Part shown: piece by piece, positions 51,758 to 61,967 of the stretch
Layout of the letters: every line of letters starts with the position of its first letter
How positions within the stretch are numbered: the first letter of the stretch is position 1
Position numbers and translations under genes: made by a program
Assembly: GCA_020184695.1 (NCBI GenBank)
Contig: JAANOX010000035.1
Coordinates: 124,001-188,000, forward strand
Length of the DNA: 64,000 nucleotides
Source: Histomonas meleagridis 2922-C6/04-290x
Taxonomy: Eukaryota; Protista; Parabasalia
Direction of reading: 5' to 3'
Notes under the pieces: model-generated
The model's input: the letters and a program-made list of their open reading frames with translations, nothing else
What the model was told of the DNA's origin: nothing
Database searches by the model: none

Positions 51758-52386
51758 ATAAATGTAATTATTTTTTGAAACAATAGTTTTGTGTACAATT
51801 GAATTTTAAATGTAATGATAAGAATTTTTGAGAGAATTAAAATTTTAGTTATTGAATTTTTCTATTGATTTCAATGCAATTTTTCTATCGATTCCAAAAT
51901 TTTTTTCCTTTTTTAGTTTTATCGTGACAAAATCAACTTAAAACAATGATTTTTCAATTTATTTGTTAGAGAAACACAATTTTAGGTGTAATTAAAGAAA
52001 AAATGTTTGATGAATTTATCAGAAATGAAAAAATGAAAAACGATGTGAAAAGATTGACTGTGGCCAAATTTTGGTTCAATGATACGTTAATATTCAAAAA
52101 GTTTTTTTTCACAGCCACGGCCACTTATAAAAAATTTCACGGAAAATGATCGTTTTCCAACAGAAAACGAAATAAAAATCCCAATACTTTTTAACATATT
52201 TCGTAATTCAAATTTGTATTGATATAGAATTTTTTTCTATTCACAGAAAAAGTATTCAAATTAATTTCGATTTTTTTAATTGAACGACAAATGTGATATG
52301 TTTCCCACATATTTCTTATCAATTTCTTGGCCGGATGACTTGTTAAAGCAACAAAAAAAAATTCTTAACTGATCACAAAATACACT

Positions 52387-52896
52387 ATGCTGAAAGGATT
52401 AAACTCACTAGACTTGGTCATCGTGAACGGAAAGCTTCGGATAGAAAAGAAGCGAAAGTCTGCAAAACAAAAATTTTCTCCAGAGGAAGATGAGATTATT
52501 TTCAATTTGGTTGGAGATCAAAAGTATCCAAATTGGAACGAAATTGCAAAGCATGTTCCCGGGAAATCTTGTAGGCAGTGCAGAGAAAGGTATCAGCATT
52601 ATTTGGCACCTGGATTATCAAAGGAACCTTGGTCTCAAGAGGAAGATAATTTAATAATAGAATTATACAAAGAGCATGGACCAAACTGGGCTTTGATTGC
52701 AAAGTTTTTTCAAAACAGAAGAACCAATAACGGAATTAAGAACAGGTTCAATAGCCATCTGAAAAAGAATCTCAAAAAACAAGAAGAAGAAATAATTTTT
52801 GAGTCATTCCCAAGCTGCTCTGGGGATGATTCTTCATTATTCTTTTCAGATCCTTTAGAAAATTTGTTCAACACTGAATTAAATTTATATCAATAA
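52387..52896 (+). CDS. R2R3 Myb-like DNA-binding protein
   Basis: KFSPEEDEII...WNEIAKHVPGKSCRQCRERYQHYLAP...PWSQEEDNLI..LYKEHGPNWALIAKFF..RTNNGIKNRF. Confidence 0.95.
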   Translation: MLKGLNSLDLVIVNGKLRIEKKRKSAKQKFSPEEDEIIFNLVGDQKYPNWNEIAKHVPGKSCRQCRERYQHYLAPGLSKEPWSQEEDNLIIELYKEHGPNWALIAKFFQNRRTNNGIKNRFNSHLKKNLKKQEEEIIFESFPSCSGDDSSLFFSDPLENLFNTELNLYQ

Positions 52897-53162
52897 TAAA
52901 TAAAATCTTCCTTTGTAGGCTCTAACCAAATCTGTAGCTATATTTTTGTTGATATACTTTTGAATAAATGTTTTCATATTTCATAAAATATTTAATAATT
53001 AATTATCAGAAAAATAATCTTATTATATTATCGCTAAGTTTTAATTGTAGTTCCTTATATAAGGTTTTTGATTCCATTATAATCATGGTGGACATAAATT
53101 GTTTGCTTTGAGGATTACCCAAAAGCCTTAAACGTCCTAAAATTTTGCTTAATTCAAATCTA

Positions 53163-53795
53163 ATGGAAGCAAAACTTCGATATCGAAAAGAATTAAAATC
53201 AAATGGTATCAAAAGCACTATCAAAAAAATCCCACAAAGACAAACAATTAAAACTCCTCGTGAGAATTCATCATATCAAACAATTAATACTCAACCAAAC
53301 TCTCCTCAAAATGAAACACTAGAAAAAGGGCCCAGGCTTGGCATGGGTAAAAAGCCAACAAAAAATGAACCACGAATCAATTTTGTTCAACGAAATATCC
53401 AATCAGCATCACAACAAAAAAGTCGAGCAAAACCAGATAAGCCCAAAGGAATGAAAGAAAGAATCGTAAACTCTAAGCATGCACCTGGAGAAATTCCCAA
53501 ATATCTTGAACAAAGAAAAGATGAAATAAAAGCAAAAAATGCACCTCCTCCAGATGTAAAATGTCCGAAAGGAATGCGGCTATTATCAGATGAAGAAAAA
53601 CAAGAAGCTGTTCTTTCTCTTCAGCAAAGAAAGCAAGAAATTGAGGCAACATTAGCTAAAGCACCTTTAAGAATCGAAAGTCCTCAATTACTTAGAAACG
53701 AGAGACAATTGCGACAAGAGCTATCTGAGATAGAATCAACTTTAAGACATTTTAAGAAAAAATATGTATTTGTAAATGAAGATGAACATTTTTAA
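53163..53795 (+). CDS. Enkurin-domain protein
   Basis: PGEIPKYL, CPKGMRLLSDEEKQE, LRQELSEIESTLRHFKKKYVFV. Confidence 0.85.
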   Translation: MEAKLRYRKELKSNGIKSTIKKIPQRQTIKTPRENSSYQTINTQPNSPQNETLEKGPRLGMGKKPTKNEPRINFVQRNIQSASQQKSRAKPDKPKGMKERIVNSKHAPGEIPKYLEQRKDEIKAKNAPPPDVKCPKGMRLLSDEEKQEAVLSLQQRKQEIEATLAKAPLRIESPQLLRNERQLRQELSEIESTLRHFKKKYVFVNEDEHF

Positions 53796-54120
53796 ATAAA
53801 TTTGTTTCTCAACTAACATTTACTTCTTTTAAGTAAATCAATGTCATTTATTTGCTAAAAGCTTTTCATATTTCCATTTTGCTTTGTGAATTTATTTGCT
53901 ATATGTATATATGTTATATGTATATTGTGATTTTGATGGGTTTCATATGTTATATGTTTTATATCATCTTTTGTTTTGATAGTTTTCTTTGTGTTGTTTT
54001 CTGCGAACATTTGATCTTCGTGTTGATTTTGATCATTTTATAAAATATATGCTTCGTTTCCATTTCTTATTGAAAATGAAGACCCGACGTTTGTAGAAGA
54101 AGACTTTGAATTATAAATTT

Positions 54121-55383
54121 TTATATAGTAAATTTTACTATTTCTCTATAACCTTTTTGTTGTGCAATTTGAATTGATGTTAAATATTGTTAAAGCATAT
54201 TTTAAATTATTAAAACATATTCTAAATTATTCAAATAAATATTTTTTGTATTAACATCAATTCCTTTATCTAAAAGTAATTTTACGATTTCTATATTATT
54301 ATTTCTAACTGCTATATGAAGTGCTGTTTCAAATTATTAAAACATATATCAAATCATTTTAACATATATCAAATTATTAAAATAAATTTTTTTTGCATTT
54401 AGATCAATTTCTTTTTGTTCTAAAATATATTTCATAAGTTCAATATTTCGTGATTTTGAAGCAAATGGTAAAATATTTTATGGAATTTTATTATTTTGAA
54501 GGAAATATTTAACGAGATATAAGTTTTAATTTCGTGCTGATTCATTTATAACATCAACATTAACATAAATTTCTTTATCTTCAAAATATTTTAGAATATC
54601 ATAATTATCTTTTTTAATATAAAAACTTGCCAAATCATTTGCTTTATCTTCAGACATTTTCGGTATTGATTGTAGTTTTTCTAATTCATTTTTATAAATA
54701 TATTTAAAGATATCATTTTGATGAAATTCTATTGCTGTTTCATATGCATCTTTAAATGACCAATGATTTTGTTCACATAAATGAATAATTTCTTCTTTTC
54801 CACATGCAACTGTATTCTTGCCTGTGCCTTCTACATTAGCACCATTCATAAGTAAATATTTAAAACATTTAACTGAAGAAAAAAATGCTGCATAATCAAT
54901 TAATGTAACATTTTGATTAATAAATGAACATCTTTCATAAAGTGATGGCTCAATGAATTGATTAAAATCAAAATTTATTTGTGATGATATTTCTTAAAGT
55001 TTTTCTATTTCATCATTTCGAATTATTTTTACAATTTCATTTGGTTTATGTCCTTCTTTAATTAATTTCTTATGAAGTGCCCATTCATTTTTTGAAAGTT
55101 CTTCATAATTTAGTTCATCAACACCTAATTCTTAAATTGTTTCATTTGGCATGTATTGTATAAAATATATTTTAGAAGCAATCGAATTTTTTATATTTTT
55201 TATGACTTTTTTATCAAGTAAATTATAATCAATCATTTTAGTAAGAAGATAATATAATTCTTGTGTATTTTCACCAACAAAAAAATGTTCCCATAAATCA
55301 AAAATATCAATTTCTTTTTGAATGCTCATTTCTAGTTTTTTGATTTCTTTAAGAAAATCCAAATATTTATCAATATTTTTCAT
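54121..55383 (-). pseudogene. DUF3447/ankyrin-repeat family pseudogene, or interrupted gene
   Basis: One reading frame from ATG 55383 to ~54121 with in-frame TAA at 55132, 54994, 54526 and 54478. It contains EPSLYERCSFIN..TLIDYAAFF..VKCFKYL, AIEFHQNDIF and ankyrin repeats NILPFASKSRNIELMKYIL and ETALHIAVRNNNIEIVKLLLDKGIDVNTK. The track ORFs 55132..55383 and 54526..54849 are pieces of it. Confidence 0.85.
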
Positions 55384-55632
55384 ATGTGTGATAATAATTG
55401 CATATGTAAATCTAATTTTTTGCTTGATTCCATTTAAAATACCACTTTTGTGCTAAATCGTTTGCTTTAGATGCATACTAGCAGCACTTTTCGATTGCGT
55501 TCAAAAAGTGAAACCGATACTGCCGATTTTTTTTCTCTTAAGAAATTTTTGAAATTCTTTTGGCATATTGAAATTTTTGTATTGTTCGATTGAAAGATTT
55601 TTGTCGAAAAGTGACATTGCCTGTTTTCAGGA

Positions 55633-58600
55633 ATGGAAATTGACGTTCAATATGGCGGCGAAACATTCGACATAACTGTTCCAAAAATTTCAACAGTAAA
55701 AAATGTAATCAGATATATGGGGTACAAAACAAAGAAAGATCCAAATTCATTAAAAATGTTTTTTAATAATAATCAATTACAAGAAGATATAAAAATTGAA
55801 ACTTTAATAAAGGGTGGAAAACTTACATTAAAACTTAAGTCATTATCGGAAAGTAATGTATCAGATTTACAAGTTTCAAACCAAGTTATCAAAAATATTT
55901 ATATGCCAAAAGTAAAAGACAATATTACCTATGAAAACGATGTTTCAATCCTGGGAGAATATAATCCTTTCACATTTTCTAGGTGTTATCAAATTACAGA
56001 TTTTACAAAACCAATTTGTCGTGATTTTTACTTTAGATACGCAATGTTTACGAACAGAGTTAAGTATGGCATTTTAACGCCTTCACCTTCTCCTAAAATT
56101 TTTGAACAAATAATTTCAGGAAATGCAGGACCTGATTATTTACCAACAACTTTACATTTTTGCCACCTCTTCATTATACGCCTAATAAAGTATCAGCAAG
56201 GTGACTTGAAATCATTAAAAGTTTTTTTGAAATTTTTATATGATACAATTCCATTAGAACCATCAGCTACAAAATATCTTCTCGAAGCATTAAAGCTTGT
56301 TCTTCCAAAGAGTCCTGATATTGTTATGAACTTTATTTTTGAAACGATCAAAGATGTTAATGTTCAAATTTTTATTTTCCCCAAATTAAACTATAACAAT
56401 AGTCCTGATCTTTTTCATAAGCTTATTTCCGTCATGGCCGATAATATTATCAAGTTAAAGAAAAGTAATATTGGAGATTTATATCCATATATTGGTGTTT
56501 TTATTGATGTTCTTTTTGGCTACAAAGGTAAAATCACTAAAGAGACAAAAGCTGCACTCAAATCACATTATAAAGACTTTTCAAATTTCGGAAAAACGCA
56601 TTCTGACATCCACATCAGTCTCCTCATTTTAGCGGTTTCTATCAAAATTGGCAAAGTCAACAATAAACGTATCCAAGTTCTCAAGGAGACCGTTACTGTC
56701 CAATACTTAACGAACTCCACTTTATTAATAACTCTCGAATTAATTAGAAAGAATGTTAAAATCGAAGATTTTGAAGAAATTATCGGATCTATTCCTTTGC
56801 ATTATGAGAACATATCGATTGTGGAAGAAATAATGAAAGATAAATCATTTGATCAGTTCCATCAATTATTAAGTTCAAGTTATCCATATCCATTATTATT
56901 AGTTAAAAACTTACCAAACAATTTTAGAAATGAATTATTACGTTATGCTATCGAAAAGAAGCTTGTACGCTATGCATTACCACATTTAAATGCTGAAACA
57001 TTTCCATATTTTTTGCCAGTGATTTATGATTTATCTGAAAATGGAGTATCGATTCAAGTAATTCGAACATTTTTCAAGAATTCCAATGATTTAATAGTTA
57101 AAACCATAAATTCAATATCACAAAACTTGTTGTTTTATTTTGATAATTTATCTGGTGATCGAATCTTTAATTTACTTCATATATTAATGAAATCGTTAGT
57201 CTTAAATTGTACTACTAAAAAATCTGAAACAAATATATCAACAATTACATTAAACTTTTTAACAATTGATATCATTGGATTATTTTATTTATTACGCGAA
57301 GATACCAAACAAATCCAAATTAACTCCAATGAAATATTAAGAAGAAATATGATATTATGGCAAATAAATGAAGAAAACAATGGAAACAAAACCAAAAATA
57401 AATATATTCCATTATTTAAGATATTTTTAAATAACAAAGATAAAATAGTTGAGCAATCAAAGCCAAGCGAAATTAATTCAAATGATATATATCAATTTAA
57501 TTTTCTAAAGTTAATTCGAGTGTTATTATCTATCTTAAGATGTACTGATGATAAATTCATGGAAACAGCACAAACAATGTCAAAACAAGTTACTGATTAT
57601 CCATTAATACCATTTATCATATCTGTAGTTCGAAATGATACCAATTTTATTCAATATTTACAAATGCCAATTATATATAAATTTGATACATTTGGACAAA
57701 TCGCTTCATTTATTAAATCATCTGATAATAAGAATCATAAACCACGTGAAATGTTTTTAGATGCATTTAAAGAAGCTATTAATAAGTTTGAAATCAATAA
57801 TGAACATGTTATAAATATATTATATCATTTTGTTCAAACCACTGATAAATTTGAACAAAAAGAAATTAATAAATCGATATCAATATTGTATACGTATAAA
57901 GATTCATTAGTTATTAATGAAACACAAATATCAATACAATTCTTAAATATATTATCGATTTTATTACCATATTTACAATCATGGAATAATGAAGCAACTG
58001 AGTTCTTTAACATTGTACATAACTTATCTGAAAGTTCAATGTTAATGGAATCACAATCGAAATATATCTTTAAAATTCATATGGCAGCATATCGTAATGA
58101 TAAATGTAAACTCACATTCTTAAATATGGTTTCGATTAAAGAAGCATATAATATATTGATACAAAACAATTGGACATCACGCGCATTTTTCTTAAAGATA
58201 TTCCAAGGATGTAATTTCTCACATGCAACACATATTTTGTTTTATACGAAACTTCTCGAAAAAGATGGAAACTTTTCATCATCTTTACAATCGACTTTAT
58301 TATCTAATTTCATAAGTTCGATAATACCTTCTTATCCTGATTTAGATAAAAAACAAATTGATTTACTCAAAAATAATAAGCAATTGATTACGACTGCATT
58401 GTTTTCGATTTTGTCTCATCCAATGTTAAGTTATTTTGTAGCGAATCATTTAATCGAATTGTATTTACCATTTTTGGATTATAATATTAACTCATTTACT
58501 TTTAAGACTCCAAATTATATTATACAATATAATGTTATTATTAAAATATTCCCATTATTCTTTGCAAATTCAAATTATTCTTTTCTAGAATGTTTGTTGG

Positions 58601-59637
58601 ATCAAGGTAATATATCAATTGATTTATGGGAATTAATATATAAACTCGCGCCAATTAAATCAGCGTTTTTAAATGTGTTAATGAAGAAAATTAAAAATAT
58701 TTATCACGTAGCAATATTAAATAAAATTTTATCTTTAATTAACCCGAAATTAGCTATTATTACATTGTCATTGTTATTTAATAGAAATGATTTATATGTT
58801 ATTAAATATATTTTACATTATATCAATAAGAACTTCAATAAAAATTATTTCGATACGTTGAAAAAACAAATTTGTGTACCGATTAATGAAATTCCTTTGC
58901 CTGATAATGTTAACTCTTCGTTGGATTATTTCTTGGATCAATTTGAGCCAAAGAATCCAAACGAAAATAAATTATTTTATTATATTTATCCAAATCAATT
59001 TTTATCTAAAATTTTAACAGAGCCGATAAGTGTTAACGAATTCATTTCCTCAATTATTGAATGCTGTATTGAAAAGAACAAAGAAACATACTTGAAATTA
59101 TTTGAATTTTTGTATAATTCAAAAGTGGATAAAAAACTCAAAATTTCAATAGCAAAAGCAGTTTTACAAACAAACGATAGGGAATTGATTAAAATAACCG
59201 TTAAATTTTTGAAGACGATAGAGATCGAAGAAGAAGTTGTAAATCTTGTTTTAGAATGTGCATTAAATGGATTTTTAGAAGTTGATGAAATCGAATATTG
59301 GAAAAGAGCTAAAGCTTCAAATAAAATGAAATTATTGTTCAGTGGAAAAAATAATGATAAAATTAGTTATTTCGATAAGTTGAAAATCGGACTTTTATCA
59401 TCAAATACAATGTTTTCTAGATTCAAAAATTTGTCAAATGAGTTGGGGAATGATAATAAAAACAAAATTAATTTGTTCTCATTCAACGAAAACATTCATA
59501 TCGAAAGGTTTTCTTCGTTGGATGTGGACGAAACAAAACTTTTCGACTTTTCCAACGAAGCTGAAGTGCTACCGTGCCATGGAATAATGACAAACTCAAC
59601 TAAGTTCATCAATCTCCTCAGAGGACTCCAAAAGTAA
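55633..59637 (+). CDS. Large hypothetical helical protein with an N-terminal ubiquitin-like domain
   Basis: First ~70 aa (FDITVPKISTVKNV...LKMFFNNNQLQEDIKIETL) resemble a beta-grasp fold. The rest is Leu/Ile-rich and helical. Confidence 0.75.
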   Translation: MEIDVQYGGETFDITVPKISTVKNVIRYMGYKTKKDPNSLKMFFNNNQLQEDIKIETLIKGGKLTLKLKSLSESNVSDLQVSNQVIKNIYMPKVKDNITYENDVSILGEYNPFTFSRCYQITDFTKPICRDFYFRYAMFTNRVKYGILTPSPSPKIFEQIISGNAGPDYLPTTLHFCHLFIIRLIKYQQGDLKSLKVFLKFLYDTIPLEPSATKYLLEALKLVLPKSPDIVMNFIFETIKDVNVQIFIFPKLNYNNSPDLFHKLISVMADNIIKLKKSNIGDLYPYIGVFIDVLFGYKGKITKETKAALKSHYKDFSNFGKTHSDIHISLLILAVSIKIGKVNNKRIQVLKETVTVQYLTNSTLLITLELIRKNVKIEDFEEIIGSIPLHYENISIVEEIMKDKSFDQFHQLLSSSYPYPLLLVKNLPNNFRNELLRYAIEKKLVRYALPHLNAETFPYFLPVIYDLSENGVSIQVIRTFFKNSNDLIVKTINSISQNLLFYFDNLSGDRIFNLLHILMKSLVLNCTTKKSETNISTITLNFLTIDIIGLFYLLREDTKQIQINSNEILRRNMILWQINEENNGNKTKNKYIPLFKIFLNNKDKIVEQSKPSEINSNDIYQFNFLKLIRVLLSILRCTDDKFMETAQTMSKQVTDYPLIPFIISVVRNDTNFIQYLQMPIIYKFDTFGQIASFIKSSDNKNHKPREMFLDAFKEAINKFEINNEHVINILYHFVQTTDKFEQKEINKSISILYTYKDSLVINETQISIQFLNILSILLPYLQSWNNEATEFFNIVHNLSESSMLMESQSKYIFKIHMAAYRNDKCKLTFLNMVSIKEAYNILIQNNWTSRAFFLKIFQGCNFSHATHILFYTKLLEKDGNFSSSLQSTLLSNFISSIIPSYPDLDKKQIDLLKNNKQLITTALFSILSHPMLSYFVANHLIELYLPFLDYNINSFTFKTPNYIIQYNVIIKIFPLFFANSNYSFLECLLDQGNISIDLWELIYKLAPIKSAFLNVLMKKIKNIYHVAILNKILSLINPKLAIITLSLLFNRNDLYVIKYILHYINKNFNKNYFDTLKKQICVPINEIPLPDNVNSSLDYFLDQFEPKNPNENKLFYYIYPNQFLSKILTEPISVNEFISSIIECCIEKNKETYLKLFEFLYNSKVDKKLKISIAKAVLQTNDRELIKITVKFLKTIEIEEEVVNLVLECALNGFLEVDEIEYWKRAKASNKMKLLFSGKNNDKISYFDKLKIGLLSSNTMFSRFKNLSNELGNDNKNKINLFSFNENIHIERFSSLDVDETKLFDFSNEAEVLPCHGIMTNSTKFINLLRGLQK

Positions 59638-59931
59638 AAATTCTTTAAATTTTTTATCTTTTTAAATTCAATCAATGATTTATCTGATTTTTAATTGCAT
59701 CTTTAATTTCATTGTGTAGGAGTTTAATGGTTGCTCGATGTCATCTGTGTTTCAGACTGGATTAACATTTATCTAAAATATAATCAATTATAATATGAAT
59801 ATTTTATTGTATTTCAAATAGAAATTAAGAAAATAACATTTAATAATATGAAGTATTTCATCTAATAAAAATTTATACATAATAAAATGTTATGATTTAC
59901 AAAAACACATTACTTTATCATGAAACATAAG

Positions 59932-60639
59932 TTACGTTTGCGTGGTTTCTGTATTATTTTGAGTTTCCTCTGTACCAACATTAGGCTCATCTTGTTTTTT
60001 CTGGTTTTCATCATGATCACTAAGGTCGTCACTATCAAACATTTCACCAAGAAGAACAGAGCGAACAACTTCATCTGCTTGTCGAGAAGATTCAGATCTA
60101 CATTTGAGAAAGCAAATAAGGTTTAAAGACTCCACGCCGATAATGCAGGCACAAATAAATGTATCAAACCAACTGAATGAAAAAATGGACCATATAAATA
60201 TGATAAACCATACAACAATAATTCCAAAAAGACCGCCCCAAAATATATTAGACTTATAGGCTTCTGGAACGTATGGGTCTGGACGTGAATAGAAAATCCA
60301 TTTGGGTTCTCCTGAAGATGTATCATGATACCAACGCATACCTACAAGATTAAGGCCGTCAACATTTTTGCAAAACCAAATTTCAATGGTGGAAAATAAT
60401 AATGTTAAGAAAACTTTGATAGAAGGATAAAAATCAAATAGGATTGGTACTAAATATGCTAAAAGAAGTGAAACTTTGAGTGATAAAAAACGGCCAGAGT
60501 TATCGGTGTTTCTGTCTGGCTCAACACTGTTTGTGATTAAATTTAATTCAGATGAGTTTTGTTGTTCTTCTTTTGCTTCTTGCATAAATAAACGTTCTTC
60601 AAGAAAGGGTACCGTTGTCACTTTTCCTATCATGTTCAT
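59932..60639 (-). CDS. TVP23: Golgi membrane protein TVP23/FAM18 family
   Basis: IWFCKNVDGLNLVGMRW, W.F.S, NIFWGGL, LNLICFLKC. Confidence 0.85.
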   Translation of the reverse strand: MNMIGKVTTVPFLEERLFMQEAKEEQQNSSELNLITNSVEPDRNTDNSGRFLSLKVSLLLAYLVPILFDFYPSIKVFLTLLFSTIEIWFCKNVDGLNLVGMRWYHDTSSGEPKWIFYSRPDPYVPEAYKSNIFWGGLFGIIVVWFIIFIWSIFSFSWFDTFICACIIGVESLNLICFLKCRSESSRQADEVVRSVLLGEMFDSDDLSDHDENQKKQDEPNVGTEETQNNTETTQT

Positions 60640-61143
60640 TAAGTGATGAAGAATTGAAAAATAACTTCCTCGAACCTTATATCAAAATGATGCCTTCTGT
60701 TTCTCTCACACACAATTATAAATTTTAATATTTTTTTAAATAACTTAGAAGTATTCAATATGCATTATATGTGTAAGAAATGTAAATAACAATGTATATA
60801 AATTTTTTGATTTTGACAGGTATTTTCTCAACACAAAGTTATAATATATGCTTGATTGATACGAACAATAACACACACTATCCCCTATTTATATGTATTT
60901 TGTTTGTATTTCTGTTAAATATTTTCAGTTAGCTCTCAATTTTCAAGCAATTTAACAATTTTGGGATAACCTTTGTTAGATGCATTTTAATAATAAATTT
61001 TTATCCGATTCTATCAGAGAAAGGCATCCGAAGTTGTCCTTTTCTCATTGCTTGATACAATTTAGCCACAAATGAAAAAAGTGACAATGTGTTAGGGTAT
61101 TGTTTGAATTTCGGGGATTAAAACGACATTTTTTTAAAGGAAA

Positions 61144-61165
61144 AAACCGCCATTTTCACTTCATT
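61144..61165 (+). promoter_or_regulatory. Histone H3 core promoter: reverse M3 (AAACCGCC) and tandem Inr TCACT-TCATT
   Basis: Motifs lie 7-28 nt upstream of ATG 61173. Confidence 0.65.
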
Positions 61166-61172
61166 ATTTTTT

Positions 61173-61589
61173 ATGGCTCGTACAAAACAAACAGCTCGTA
61201 AATCTACTGGTGGTAAGACTCCACGTAAGTCACTCGGTGCTAAGGCAGCTCGTAAATCAACACCAGTTGTTGATTCACAAGGTGCTAAGAAGCAACATCG
61301 TTTCAGACCAGGTACAGTTGCCCTTCGTGAAATTCGTAAATACCAAAAGAGCACAGATCTTTTAATCCGTAAGCTTCCATTCCAACGTCTTGTTCGTGAA
61401 ATCGCTTCTGGATTCCGCGGTGATCTTCGTTTCCAATCATCAGCAATTGCAGCTCTTCAAGAAGCATCTGAAGCTTACCTTGTTGGTCTCTTTGAAGATA
61501 CAAATCTTTGCGCCATTCATGCAAATCGTGTTACAATTATGGAACGTGATGTTCAACTTGCACAAAGAATTCGTGGTGAACGTAATTAA
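61173..61589 (+). CDS. H3: Histone H3
   Basis: [14 protein letters not shown]...[37 protein letters not shown]...[12 protein letters not shown]. Confidence 0.99.
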   Translation: MARTKQTARKSTGGKTPRKSLGAKAARKSTPVVDSQGAKKQHRFRPGTVALREIRKYQKSTDLLIRKLPFQRLVREIASGFRGDLRFQSSAIAALQEASEAYLVGLFEDTNLCAIHANRVTIMERDVQLAQRIRGERN

Positions 61590-61967
61590 AACTAGTTTAG
61601 TGTTTCCAAATTTTTATGTTTTTTGATGAACCCATGAAAAATTTTTGAACAAAAAAAATATTGACATCTCTCTTTTATTGTTTTACTTCAATCCATAAAA
61701 TTCAAATAAACCAGAATATTTATTTAAATAAATACCCTATCGCTAAACATAAGCAATTTCTGAAAATTTAGTCAACATTTAATTTGCATAATCATTGGTC
61801 ACGCTTTAAAAGAGCACATCAAAAATGACATTCGAGTTCAAAAATGAAGCAAAAAGCAAACAAAAATTGAGATTAATCATCATAAAAATTTTCGAATTTT
61901 TAAAAAAATCATCAAACAATTTACATTAAATAAACAATTTATTAATTCACACAAACAAACAAAATAA

